A DNA stretch of 64,000 nucleotides from Opitutales bacterium (GCA_017440935.1 JAFSAO010000020.1:13955-77954), one strand, 5' to 3'. Positions 19,833-31,904 are shown, numbered from the stretch's first letter. Numbers and translations: made by a program. Notes: generated from the sequence alone by a model not told the origin.

Positions 19833-20266
19833 GTTTTTTTGAGCGCATTTTTCAAAAAATCTTCAAAAAAAACGTTCCCGCGAAAAAGAAAACATGGCGG
19901 CGGGAACGCGGGGATGCGGGGGAAAAATTTGCCGCCGATTTTCTGAAAAAACAATGCGGCATGCAAATTCTCTGCCGTAATTTTTGCGCGGGAAAGGACG
20001 AAATCGACATCGTCGCGACAGACTCCGAAACCCTCGTTTTTGTCGAAGTAAAAACACGCTCGGAAAATGACACGCGCGGTGCGGTTTTCGCTGTGGATGC
20101 CAGAAAAAGAGCCGCCTTGCGCCGTGCCGCCGATGCGTATTTGCACGGATTGCGGGAACGCCCGAAATCGACTCGCTTAGACGTGGTCGAAGTTTACGTG
20201 CGCGAATCCGACGGCGCGATGCGTGCCGTGCTCCACCGCGCGTTGAATTGGCGTTCCCGCCGCTAA
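19829..20266 (+). CDS. yraN: YraN family (UPF0102) nuclease
   Basis: GEKFAADFL, NFCAGKDEIDIVA, LVFVEVKTR and RLDVVEV motifs; the GTG start overlaps the upstream TGA. Confidence 0.88.
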   Translation: MSFFERIFQKIFKKNVPAKKKTWRRERGDAGEKFAADFLKKQCGMQILCRNFCAGKDEIDIVATDSETLVFVEVKTRSENDTRGAVFAVDARKRAALRRAADAYLHGLRERPKSTRLDVVEVYVRESDGAMRAVLHRALNWRSRR

Positions 20267-20327
20267 ATTGGCGGTTGATAGTTCGCCGCCTATGACGGAT
20301 AATCCCGGGCACAAAAAAGAAAAATTT

Positions 20328-20795
20328 ATGCTTACGGATTTACAGAAAAAACAGGTGGCGGCATGGGTTGCCGAAGGACTTTCGCTCGCGCAAATTCAAA
20401 CAAAAATCAACGACGAGCTGAACATTCCCATGACTTACATGGACGTGCGTTTCCTTGTCGACGACTTGGATTTAGAATTGCAGGATTCCGCTCCGTCCTC
20501 GGTGCCGCAGGAAACCGAAAAACCTGCGGAAGAAGCGAACACCAAGCCAGAAGCGGCGGCGTCCGTTCCCGCGCCGGGTGAAGTCTCGCTTAGCGTTGAC
20601 GCGGTTCAGATTCCCGGCGTAATCGCCAGCGGAGACGTTACCTTTTCCGACGGCGTTCGCGGAAAATGGCTCATTGACCAAAGCGGTCGTCCGGGCTTGG
20701 CGGAATTTCCGGAGGGCTATCGCCCGCCGCAGGCGGACGTTCCCGTGTTCCAGCAAAAGCTTGTTGCAGAGCTTCGTAAACTCGGTTTGGCGTAA
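20328..20795 (+). CDS. Conserved hypothetical protein (N-terminal helical/HTH-like domain, C-terminal beta domain)
   Basis: Typical codon usage; MLTDLQKKQVAAWVAEGLSLAQIQ...TYMDVRFLVDDL resembles a verrucomicrobial conserved protein (recollection, unverified). Alternative start at 20292. Confidence 0.7.
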   Translation: MLTDLQKKQVAAWVAEGLSLAQIQTKINDELNIPMTYMDVRFLVDDLDLELQDSAPSSVPQETEKPAEEANTKPEAAASVPAPGEVSLSVDAVQIPGVIASGDVTFSDGVRGKWLIDQSGRPGLAEFPEGYRPPQADVPVFQQKLVAELRKLGLA

Positions 20796-20850
20796 TCAGC
20801 CGGAAGCCTCGGCGTAAGAGGTGCTTTTCGCATCTTTCGCTTAGACGAAA

Positions 20851-21828
20851 ATGCCGCGTTTCGAAGAGATTTTTCAGGCGGGGAAAATACCGCTTTATCT
20901 TGCGCCGATGTCCGGATTTACCGACATCGCGTTCCGCGAGCTTTGCAAGGAGCACGGCGCGGACGTTCTCGTTTCCGAATTCGTTCAAAGCGAGCCGCTG
21001 ATTCGTGATCGCGAGCGCACTTGGCGGGACGTGGATTTCACGCCCGAACAGCGCCCGATGGGAATTCAGATTTTCGGCGCGAATCCGGATTCCATGGCAC
21101 GGGCGGCAGCGTTGTTGGAAACTCGTTTAAAGCCGGATTTTATCGACATCAATTTCGGTTGTCCGGCGCGCAAAGTGGTGGAGCAAAATGCCGGGTCGGG
21201 GCTTTTACGTGACTTGCCGCTTATGGAAAAGATTGCGCGCGCGGTGGTCGATGCCGTTCCCGCAACCTGCGTTACGGCGAAAATGCGACTCGGCTGGGAC
21301 TCGCATTCGCTCGTGCACATCGATGCGGCAAAATGCTTGGAAGACGCGGGAATACGCGTGCTTGCCGTGCACGGGCGCACGAAATCTCAAGGCTATTCCG
21401 GCGAGGCGGATTGGGAAAAAATCGGCGAAGTTGTCCGCGCGGTGCAAATTCCCGTTGTCGGCAACGGCGACATTCGCGATGCGGAAACCGCTGTTCGACG
21501 GGTGCGCGAAACCGGTGTTGCCGGGCTGATGGTCGGGCGCGGCGCGCTCGGCAAGCCGTGGCTTTTCGCCCAAATCAAAAACGCTTTGCGCGGAAAGGAC
21601 GCGGAGCCCGGCGCGGGAACTCCGACAACGGAAGCCGTTTTTTCGACGCTGCTTCGCTACGCGGAAACTTTAGCGAAAACGCGCGGCGACACGGGAACGG
21701 AAAATATCCGCTGGTTGCTCGCACGGCTTCACCCTTTTACTTACGGCGTTCCCGGCGGGAAACGCATTCGCGCCGAACTTTCTTCGTGCACGACGCTCGC
21801 GGATTTGCACGCCTTGCTCTACGCTTAA
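20851..21828 (+). CDS. dusB: tRNA-dihydrouridine synthase (DusB-like)
   Basis: LAPMSGFTD, DINFGCP, TAKMRLG, VHGRT, VGNGDI and MVGRGALGKPW motifs. Confidence 0.9.
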   Translation: MPRFEEIFQAGKIPLYLAPMSGFTDIAFRELCKEHGADVLVSEFVQSEPLIRDRERTWRDVDFTPEQRPMGIQIFGANPDSMARAAALLETRLKPDFIDINFGCPARKVVEQNAGSGLLRDLPLMEKIARAVVDAVPATCVTAKMRLGWDSHSLVHIDAAKCLEDAGIRVLAVHGRTKSQGYSGEADWEKIGEVVRAVQIPVVGNGDIRDAETAVRRVRETGVAGLMVGRGALGKPWLFAQIKNALRGKDAEPGAGTPTTEAVFSTLLRYAETLAKTRGDTGTENIRWLLARLHPFTYGVPGGKRIRAELSSCTTLADLHALLYA

Positions 21829-21870
21829 AAAAGACGCGAGTAGCGGCAAAATTCCGCGTTTCATCCGCTT

Positions 21871-22551
21871 TTAGCGTTCCCGCAACAGGGCATCGATGAG
21901 TCCTACTCCGACGTCCGTCATTCGGTCGACGACATAATGGGCGCGCGTGCGGCGGAGGAGTTCTGCGGGGTTGGTCGTCGCCACGGCGATGACCTTGAAG
22001 CCTCCGGCGATTCCCGCTTCTATGCCGGCGAGCGAATCTTCAAAAACGACAACCTCGCGAGGATTGCGGTCGATTGCGCGTGCCGCTTGCAGAAAAACGT
22101 CCGGCATCGGTTTTCCCGCGCTGACACATTCTTCCGTGATAATCCCGGAAAAATTCGCCTGCAAGTCCATGATATCGAGGGCGAGTTCGATATTCGGACG
22201 GCAGGTGGAAGTTCCGACGGCGCAGGGGATTTTGCGCTGTTTCAAATCCTCCAAAAGGCGGCGCACACCGGGAAGCGGATCCAACCCTTCTTCCGAAATG
22301 ATTTTTCTGAAAATTTCTTCTTTGCGTTCGGAAAGCTCGCGGATTTCGTCCGGATCGTGGCTCCAGCGTAGGATGTGCGGAATGATTTCTTCGTTGCGTT
22401 TGCCGAACCCGAGCTTGAAGTGATTCTCCGACAAAAGCAGATTGCGTTCCTCGGCAAGAATTTCCCAGCTGCGCAGGTGCGCGCGGGAAGAATCGACGAT
22501 GACACCGTCCCAGTCGAAAATGACTCCGGGCTGTAGCGGTTTTTGTCTCAT
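21871..22551 (-). CDS. HAD-family phosphatase (beta-phosphoglucomutase-like)
   Basis: FDWDGVIVDS, GKPMPDVF and VFEDSLAGIEAG motifs. Confidence 0.9.
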   Translation of the reverse strand: MRQKPLQPGVIFDWDGVIVDSSRAHLRSWEILAEERNLLLSENHFKLGFGKRNEEIIPHILRWSHDPDEIRELSERKEEIFRKIISEEGLDPLPGVRRLLEDLKQRKIPCAVGTSTCRPNIELALDIMDLQANFSGIITEECVSAGKPMPDVFLQAARAIDRNPREVVVFEDSLAGIEAGIAGGFKVIAVATTNPAELLRRTRAHYVVDRMTDVGVGLIDALLRER

Positions 22552-22705
22552 GGAAAATCAGAAGTTATTGGGGTGGGGAAAGAATGCCGCGAGGCGGCAC
22601 GGGAAATCAGGGTGAGTCCGAACGATGGATTGCATGAATCATGACACGCTGCCGCCTGCTTGTAAAACGTGTTTTTATCCGGATATTTTCAAACTTATTT
22701 TTTCT

Positions 22706-22721
22706 GTCGTAAATTTACGAC
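22706..22721. promoter_or_regulatory. Perfect 16-bp palindrome GTCGTAAATTTACGAC, candidate operator
   Basis: Self-complementary and located in the AT-rich divergent intergenic region about 50 bp upstream of the ClpP-like pair. Function is inferred. Confidence 0.4.
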
Positions 22722-22769
22722 TTCTTATGTAACTTTTACCTTTCTATCCAATTATCCCCAAAGAAGAAA

Positions 22770-24185
22770 ATGAATTCGTTTAAATTTTTCCTGACTGTTG
22801 CGTCAGCTCTCGCGGTTGCTCCGTTTTTAGCGGGGCAGGAGACGGATGCCGTTTCCGAAAATATTGTTGAAGATGAAGCTACGGTTGTCGAAGCGCAGGT
22901 TGAAATGGCGGCGGAAGAAGCCGTTCCCGCGGAAGAAGCTGTTCCCGCGGAAGGAGAAGCACCGGTTGCCGTTCCCGCGGAAAATGTAGCGCCTGCACCG
23001 CAGGTTCCGGAACCTCCCAAGTCGCCGGCGCCCACACCGGAACAGCGTAAACAGCTGGAAATCCGCTTGCTTAATGCGAGAAAAGCGCTTTTGGACGCAG
23101 AGCTTGGTCTTGCCCGTGCGCGTGTCGCCGAATCACTTGCCCCGCGCAATGCGGAGCGCGCCCGTCTTGAAACGGAGACGGCGTTGCGCATGGCGCGTTC
23201 CGCCGCGAAACTTTCCGAAATTGATGCCGAAAAACGTAAGTTGGACGCAGTCGCGGCTCGCGACAAAGCGCGCGACGATTTGGCACTTCTCGAACGCGGG
23301 AACGCTCTGCGCGCCGCCGATTTGGATTTCAAGATTACGCGTGCTAAACAGGAACTGACGCTTGCGCACTGCTCGCAGGAAATTGAGAAAGTGAAAACGG
23401 CGGAGCAATTGCGCGGTTTGACGCCGGGCGCGTTGGGCGCGCAAAAACCTTACCGCAAAGACCCGCTCGAAAACGGTAAACTTTACATTTCCGACCGTCG
23501 CGTGGAATTTAACGGTGTTGTTACGCCGGAGCTTGCCGAGTATGTCACGGAACGCATTTATTTTTATAATAATCAAAACTCGGAATACCCGATTTTCCTT
23601 GTGATCGACAGTTCGCCGGGCGGAAGTATCGCCGCAGGCTACCAGATTATCAAGGCGATGGAGAGTAGCAAGGCACCGGTTTACGTCGTCGTGAAAAGCT
23701 ACGCCGCATCGATGGCGGCGATGATTACGGCATCCGCCGAACGCTCTTTCTGCTACAAGGATTCCGTGCTTCTCCAGCACCAGCCGTCTACGGGCGTCAA
23801 GGGCAACCTCACGCAAATGACGGAACAGCTGAAACTCGTGACGGAGTGGTCGCGTTACATCAATGATAAACTCGCCGCAAAAATGGGCTTGAGCTACGAG
23901 GACTACGTCAAGGAAATGTATAAAAATAATTCGCAGGGCGATTGGACGGAGTTCGGTGAAGGCGCGAAAAAATGGAATTGGGTCACCGATGTTGTCGATA
24001 CGATTGACGAAGCGTCTTTCGTTCGCGCAGACCGAAATGTTGCTCCGAACAATCCGCCGGTCGTAATTATCCGCCAACATAAGGTGGACGAGCGCGGGAA
24101 GCCGTATTTTGAATTGCCGACGCTACCGGCGGGCGACGCGTGGATGATTTACGACCCGAACAATCTTTACCGCATCGGCGCGTAA
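22770..24185 (+). CDS. Exported ClpP-like (S14) peptidase with an N-terminal coiled coil, copy 1
   Basis: Signal peptide, Ala/Glu/Pro linker and long heptad region, then IDSSPGGSIAAG, AASMAA (Ser), LQHQP (His) and GDW (Asp). Confidence 0.8.
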   Translation: MNSFKFFLTVASALAVAPFLAGQETDAVSENIVEDEATVVEAQVEMAAEEAVPAEEAVPAEGEAPVAVPAENVAPAPQVPEPPKSPAPTPEQRKQLEIRLLNARKALLDAELGLARARVAESLAPRNAERARLETETALRMARSAAKLSEIDAEKRKLDAVAARDKARDDLALLERGNALRAADLDFKITRAKQELTLAHCSQEIEKVKTAEQLRGLTPGALGAQKPYRKDPLENGKLYISDRRVEFNGVVTPELAEYVTERIYFYNNQNSEYPIFLVIDSSPGGSIAAGYQIIKAMESSKAPVYVVVKSYAASMAAMITASAERSFCYKDSVLLQHQPSTGVKGNLTQMTEQLKLVTEWSRYINDKLAAKMGLSYEDYVKEMYKNNSQGDWTEFGEGAKKWNWVTDVVDTIDEASFVRADRNVAPNNPPVVIIRQHKVDERGKPYFELPTLPAGDAWMIYDPNNLYRIGA

Positions 24186-24225
24186 TTTTAACGATTGCAG
24201 AATCCCCCGATAAATTCAGGAAGAA

Positions 24226-25626
24226 ATGAAGATGAATTTTGAAAAAAAATATTTTACACGTTCCGCTTTGACGATTGCCGCGCTTATGTTTGCCGGATGT
24301 GCTGCGGGAACGCCGCCAGCCTCCGCAGATGTTCCCGCGAAGACGGAAAAAGAAGTTGCTCCGGCTGTTGCCGAAGCCGTTCCCGTGAAGGCGGAAACTG
24401 CGACTGCCGCCGCATCGAAGGACGTTTCCGTTCCCGCGCCGGCGGATTTGTCTGCGCTTTCCCCCGAGCAAATCGAAGCCGAGTTGAAAAGTCTCTCGGA
24501 AGCGACGGGAAAAATCCATTTGGAGAAAACGCTGATTGAATCGCGCCTAGGGCTTGCAATGTCCGAAAATGAAAAGGCATTGCAGGCGCTTTCGCTCGAA
24601 AAAATGCAATTGGACGCCGCGCGTGCGGATTTTTCTGCGAAAATTGCGGAAGAAATCGCCGGAATAGAAGAAGAGCGCACGGAGCTGGAACGTCGGCTTG
24701 CTCTTGAAACGTCCCGCGCGAACGCCGCATTTCGTCAAAAACAGAAAGAGCTGAATTTGCTCGAAATGGTCTTGCGCGAACAGCAGATGAAACTCAACAG
24801 CGCGAGCATGAACACGCAGTATGCCGTGACGATGGCGGATAAGCGCGACCAACTTTCCCGTCTTGCGCCTGAGGCTGTGGCCCCGAAATACCTCAAGGAG
24901 CCGTTGGTGGACGGCACGCTTTACATTTCTGATCGCCGCGTTACGCTGAATGGTCCGGTGACGGCGGATTCGGCGAAAGCGGTTTGCGATCGACTGTATT
25001 TCTTCAATAACCAAAATCCGGAATATCCGATTTTCCTCGTGATTGACCACTCGCCGGGCGGGAGCGTTGCCGCGGGTTATCAAATTCAGAAAGCGATGCA
25101 GAGTTGCACGGCTCCGGTTTACGTTGTCGTGAAAAACATGGCGGCATCGATGGCGGCAGTCATTGCGACGACGGCGGAACGTTCTTTCTGTTTCGCAAAT
25201 ACGCGTATTTTGCATCACCAGATTTCTTCCGGCGTGGAGGGAAATCTGACCGTCATGCGCGAAGGCGTTGCGATGGGCGAGCTCTGGTATAAGCGTTTCG
25301 GCGAACCCGTTGCGAAAAAAATGGGCATTACGCTCGAAGAATTTACCAAGCAGATGTATGCACACAATTCCGACGGGGATTGGATGGAATCCGGACATCG
25401 CGCGGTTGAGTTGAAGTGGATTGACCACGTTGTAGACCGTATCGAGGAAACGGGAATCATTTCCGTCGCGGGAACGCCCGCCCAGCCGCCGCGTCCGCAA
25501 ATGCCTATGGGGCTGACGGAGGAAACCGATGCGCAGGGCAGACGCTACGTCGAGCTTCCCGTTCTTGAAAATCCGCTCGATTTCTGGGCGATTTACGACA
25601 AAAACAACTATTACAGAACACGCTGA
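24226..25626 (+). CDS. Lipoprotein ClpP-like (S14) peptidase with an N-terminal coiled coil, copy 2
   Basis: Lipobox FAG-C; coiled coil; IDHSPGGSVAAG, AASMAA, LHHQ and GDW; shares the C-terminal ELP.L....W.IYD.NN.YR tail with copy 1. Confidence 0.8.
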   Translation: MKMNFEKKYFTRSALTIAALMFAGCAAGTPPASADVPAKTEKEVAPAVAEAVPVKAETATAAASKDVSVPAPADLSALSPEQIEAELKSLSEATGKIHLEKTLIESRLGLAMSENEKALQALSLEKMQLDAARADFSAKIAEEIAGIEEERTELERRLALETSRANAAFRQKQKELNLLEMVLREQQMKLNSASMNTQYAVTMADKRDQLSRLAPEAVAPKYLKEPLVDGTLYISDRRVTLNGPVTADSAKAVCDRLYFFNNQNPEYPIFLVIDHSPGGSVAAGYQIQKAMQSCTAPVYVVVKNMAASMAAVIATTAERSFCFANTRILHHQISSGVEGNLTVMREGVAMGELWYKRFGEPVAKKMGITLEEFTKQMYAHNSDGDWMESGHRAVELKWIDHVVDRIEETGIISVAGTPAQPPRPQMPMGLTEETDAQGRRYVELPVLENPLDFWAIYDKNNYYRTR

Positions 25627-25677
25627 TTCGTTGCGGAAAACTTTTCGCGGGAACGCGTATTTTGATTTTCACGAACT

Positions 25678-26859
25678 ATGAGTTTTGCTGACTTAGGTCT
25701 TCCCGAAAATATTCTTTCGACCGTCGAAAAAATCGGTTTCAAAACACCGACTCCGATTCAGGAAAAAGCGATTCCCGTCGCATTGCAGGGGCGCGATATT
25801 ATCGGCGCTGCGCAGACGGGAACGGGAAAAACCGCCGCCTATGCGCTTCCGACGCTCGCGCGCCTCGGCACGCCGCAGGGGAAGCCGCGTTGCCTCGTTC
25901 TCGTGCCGACACGTGAACTCGCGATGCAGGTGGACGAAGCGTTTCGCCTGTTCGGAGAAACGACGAAAATCGCTCTGCTTTACGGTGGCGTGCGCTACGA
26001 CCAGCAACTGAAAGCGCTGCGAGATGGTGCAGAAGTGGTTGTCGCCACGCCGGGACGCCTGATTGATCTTTGGCGCCAACGCTTTGTCGATCTTTCCGGA
26101 ATCGAAGTGTTGGTGCTCGACGAGGTGGACCGTATGCTCGACATGGGTTTTATCGAAGACGTTTCTTCGATTATCCGTATGTGTCCGAAAAATCGGCAAA
26201 CCTTGCTTTTTTCGGCAACGGTCAACAAAACGATTCGGGAAATTGCGGATTGGGCTCTGTGCGATCCCGTCGAAATCGATGTGCGCACGGGCGCGATTAC
26301 CGCCGACACGATTTCGCACGCGTTGTATCCGGTCGCCGGATACCAGAAATACGATTTGTTGCTCGCGTTGCTTGAACGCACGCACTACAAAAGCGTTATC
26401 GTTTTCACGCGAACGAAACGTGACGCGGATCGCATTACAGAATGGCTCGAAGCCAACAATATTGCGGTCGCCACAATGCACGCCGACCGCACGCAACGGG
26501 AACGTGTTGAAGCGCTTTCCGGTTTCAAAACAGGAAAATACAGCGTGCTTGTCGCGACAGACATCGCTTCGCGCGGACTCGACATTTCCGGAGTTTCTCA
26601 CGTCATCAATTACAACGTTCCCGAGCATCCCGAGGATTATGTTCACCGCATCGGACGCACGGGGCGCGCGGGAGACGAAGGCGAGGCGTTTACGCTGTTT
26701 TCTCCGGACGAACTGCTTCAGCTTCAGGCGATTGAGCGGCTCATCGGCAAAGCAATTGAGCGTAAAAAACTTGAAGGTTTTAACTATCGCACGGAACCGC
26801 TGATGCTGATGCCGGGGAATGGTATCGGCTCCGCTCGTCCGCGCCGTCGAAATCGGTGA
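25678..26859 (+). CDS. DEAD-box RNA helicase (RhlE/RhlB-like)
   Basis: Q-motif PTPIQ, AQTGTGKT, PTREL, DEVD, SAT, RGLD and HRIGRTGR motifs. Confidence 0.93.
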   Translation: MSFADLGLPENILSTVEKIGFKTPTPIQEKAIPVALQGRDIIGAAQTGTGKTAAYALPTLARLGTPQGKPRCLVLVPTRELAMQVDEAFRLFGETTKIALLYGGVRYDQQLKALRDGAEVVVATPGRLIDLWRQRFVDLSGIEVLVLDEVDRMLDMGFIEDVSSIIRMCPKNRQTLLFSATVNKTIREIADWALCDPVEIDVRTGAITADTISHALYPVAGYQKYDLLLALLERTHYKSVIVFTRTKRDADRITEWLEANNIAVATMHADRTQRERVEALSGFKTGKYSVLVATDIASRGLDISGVSHVINYNVPEHPEDYVHRIGRTGRAGDEGEAFTLFSPDELLQLQAIERLIGKAIERKKLEGFNYRTEPLMLMPGNGIGSARPRRRNR

Positions 26860-27899
26860 AAATTTTTGCCGTAGAGAGTTCTTGCGACGAATCTGCGCTT
26901 GCCGTTTTCGATTCCGAAAAAGGCATCGTTTCGGAGCTTGTGAATACGCAGGTTGCTCTGCACGGGCAATTCGGCGGTGTGGTTCCCGATCTCGCTTCGC
27001 GGGAGCACCTTGCAAATTTTCCGGCGTTGCTGGAACGCGTTGCCGGAGAAATCGTTCCCGCGGAAATTGACGCCGTCGCCGTTACGCGCGGTCCCGGGTT
27101 GGCGGGGTGCTTGGCGCTCGGAATTGCCTACGCGCGCACGGTTGCGCAGGTTTGGAAAAAACCGTTGCTTGCCGTGAATCATTTGCGGGGGCATCTCTTT
27201 TCTCCGTTTATTCCTTTGCATGAAGAAAATCCGGCGACGTTTCCGGAGCGGCTAAAAACGCTTTTCCCGCATTTGGGGCTCGTCGTTTCCGGCGGGAACA
27301 CGCTTTTGGTTGCCGTGGACGAAGACCGCCGTGCGGAAATTCTCGCTCAGACGGTGGACGATGCGGCGGGCGAGGCCTTTGACAAAGGTGCGAAACTCCT
27401 TGGTATGCCGTATCCCGGCGGAGCGTTGATTGAAAAACACGCAAGTTCGGCACGGGAACACGGAAAATTCGTGTTCCCGCGCGGCGAAAACCTGAAGAAA
27501 GGCGCGCGGTTCAGTTTTTCGGGATTGAAAACGAGTTTGCGCTACCGATTGGAAGAAATGTCCGATGCCGAGCTCGAATCTTCACTGTCGGAAATTTGTG
27601 CGGATTATCAGGACGCGATTATCGCACAACTCTCCGGGAAAGTCGCTGTCGCGTTGCGGGAACGCCGCTTTGCGAGCATCGGGCTTTCCGGAGGCGTTTC
27701 CAATAACAAAGCCTTGCGTGCGGTGTTTGCCGAAATTGCGAAAAAGCGTAAAATTCCGCTTCTCGTCGCGCATCCGAGGCACACGGGAGACAACGCCGCT
27801 ATGATTGCATTTGCCGCATGGTTTGATGCGCAGCTTCCCGCACCAACTGCCGACCTTCCGGTTACATTTGAGCCGTCGCTTACCATCGACTGCGCGTAG
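26856..27899 (+). CDS. tsaD: tRNA N6-threonylcarbamoyladenosine transferase
   Basis: ESSCDES, GGVVPDLASREH, VNHLRGH, VSGGNT, DDAAGEAFDK, SFSGLKT and DNAAMI motifs. Confidence 0.95.
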   Translation: MKIFAVESSCDESALAVFDSEKGIVSELVNTQVALHGQFGGVVPDLASREHLANFPALLERVAGEIVPAEIDAVAVTRGPGLAGCLALGIAYARTVAQVWKKPLLAVNHLRGHLFSPFIPLHEENPATFPERLKTLFPHLGLVVSGGNTLLVAVDEDRRAEILAQTVDDAAGEAFDKGAKLLGMPYPGGALIEKHASSAREHGKFVFPRGENLKKGARFSFSGLKTSLRYRLEEMSDAELESSLSEICADYQDAIIAQLSGKVAVALRERRFASIGLSGGVSNNKALRAVFAEIAKKRKIPLLVAHPRHTGDNAAMIAFAAWFDAQLPAPTADLPVTFEPSLTIDCA

Positions 27900-27953
27900 T
27901 TTTTATAAAAACTTGCGTTCCCGCGGGAACGGGCGTAAAAGGGCGAAACAGCA

Positions 27954-29165
27954 ATGAAAATTCCCGATGCATTGGCGCCGTTTCGTTCCCGAAATTACAG
28001 ATTGTTCTATTCGGGGCACGCGATTTCGCTGACGGGAAGTTGGATGACGCAAACGGCAATAGGCTGGCTGGTTTATGCGTTGACGGGGTCGACGACGATG
28101 TCCGGCGTGGCAATGTTTTTGAGTCAGGTTTCGCACTTTTTCGTGACGCCGATTGCGGGTGTGATGATTGACCGAGTAAATCGCCGCACGATGTTGCTCG
28201 CCGTGCAGTTCGGCGCGTTGGCTTCTGCCGTGGGGCTGACGCTTTTTCAGGTTTTTGACGGGAACGCCGTGTGGCTTTTGCTGACGCTGTGCTTTTTGCG
28301 CGGACTTGTCGGGGCGGTAGAAATTCCGACGCGGCAATCGCTAATTGCGAAATTTATCGACGATAAAAAAGATTTGCCGCAGGCAATCGGGCTCAATTCC
28401 ACGTTGTTCAACTTTACGCGCATTGTGGCTCCCGCTGTTGCCGGAGAAGTTTACGCGCTTTTTGGCGCAGCGTGTTGTTTCGCTACGGACGCGGTCTTGA
28501 TGATTCCGACGATTTTTCTTCTTGCGGCGATGCGCTTTGACGCAAAGCCCGTTCCCGCCGAAGCCAATTGCGGTCCGATCTGTTCGCTGTTCGAGGGCAT
28601 TCGCTATATGTGGAGTGTTCCCGTGTTGCGCACGGTGATTTGCTGTATCGCGTTGTTGAGCACGTTCGGTTTCAGTTACACGGTTTTGTTACCGATGTTC
28701 GCCGACAAAATTTACGCGGGAACGCCGGAGCTTTACGGGCGTATGCTGACGGTTACGGGAGTGGGAGCGATACTTGCGGCGCTTTTGATCGCTTTCTTGA
28801 AAAGAGCACGGTTTTTGCCGCGTTTTCTGATTTTGGGGAATTGCCTCGTCGGGGCGTCTCTTTTGGTGATTTCGACGGCTCCCGCGCTGTGGTTGTTTTT
28901 CGTGATGCTTTTTACGGCGGGATTCGGGAGTGTGTTGGTTGGCGCTTCATCGAATACGTTGGTGCAAATGAACCTTTGCGAGCGGTTTCGCGGACGCGTA
29001 ATCAGCCTTTACACAATGGCGTTTACGGGAACGTTCCCGTTCGGGACGTTGTTGCTCGGCGGATTTAACGAAGTGGTCGGCTTGGAGCCGTGCCTCGGAC
29101 TGAGCGCCGGCGTTTGTTTCGGGCTTGCGATCTGGTTTTTCATTCGCCGGAAAATTTTTGCGTAA
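27954..29165 (+). CDS. MFS transporter (MFS_3 / DHA3-like)
   Basis: FRSRNYRLFYSG, GVMIDRVNRR motif A, 12 hydrophobic helices and FRGRVISLY. Confidence 0.88.
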   Translation: MKIPDALAPFRSRNYRLFYSGHAISLTGSWMTQTAIGWLVYALTGSTTMSGVAMFLSQVSHFFVTPIAGVMIDRVNRRTMLLAVQFGALASAVGLTLFQVFDGNAVWLLLTLCFLRGLVGAVEIPTRQSLIAKFIDDKKDLPQAIGLNSTLFNFTRIVAPAVAGEVYALFGAACCFATDAVLMIPTIFLLAAMRFDAKPVPAEANCGPICSLFEGIRYMWSVPVLRTVICCIALLSTFGFSYTVLLPMFADKIYAGTPELYGRMLTVTGVGAILAALLIAFLKRARFLPRFLILGNCLVGASLLVISTAPALWLFFVMLFTAGFGSVLVGASSNTLVQMNLCERFRGRVISLYTMAFTGTFPFGTLLLGGFNEVVGLEPCLGLSAGVCFGLAIWFFIRRKIFA

Positions 29166-29190
29166 AACCTCCTTGATTTTATGCTTGCTC

Positions 29191-29218
29191 TCACGCGTGC
29201 GTGTGCGCGCACGCGTGA
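29191..29218. repeat. 11-bp inverted repeat that is also a 26-nt alternating purine-pyrimidine tract
   Basis: TCACGCGTGCG-tgtgcg-CGCACGCGTGA; positions 29192-29217 alternate pyrimidine/purine without a break. Confidence 0.9.
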
Positions 29219-29237
29219 TTATTATAAAAGAAAACGG

Positions 29238-29266
29238 TTGCGCCGCCTGTTTCGGAATGACAAAAT
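29238..29266 (+). promoter_or_regulatory. Candidate sigma70 promoter of gyrB-gyrA
   Basis: TTGCGC-N17-CAAAAT with an extended -10 TG at 29258-29259. Confidence 0.45.
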
Positions 29267-29285
29267 ATCCGCTTTATATTTTTGA

Positions 29286-31859
<2,574 letters not shown>

Positions 31860-31904
31860 GCGTTCCCGCGAAGTTTTTAACCTTTTAAAAATTTGTAAAA
31901 ACAA

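Noticed and set aside
22600-22665. Cobalamin riboswitch-like words (GGGAA...GTGAGTCC...CTGCCGCC...TGTAA)
   Set aside because: The spacing does not fit the consensus, the conserved GCAACTGT and GCCACTG boxes are missing, and the flanking genes are unrelated to B12. Kept only as an unassigned structured region.
22770-25626. Assigning the gene symbol clpP to the two S14-like genes
   Set aside because: The export signals, coiled coils and doubled length differ from housekeeping ClpP, so orthology is not supported.
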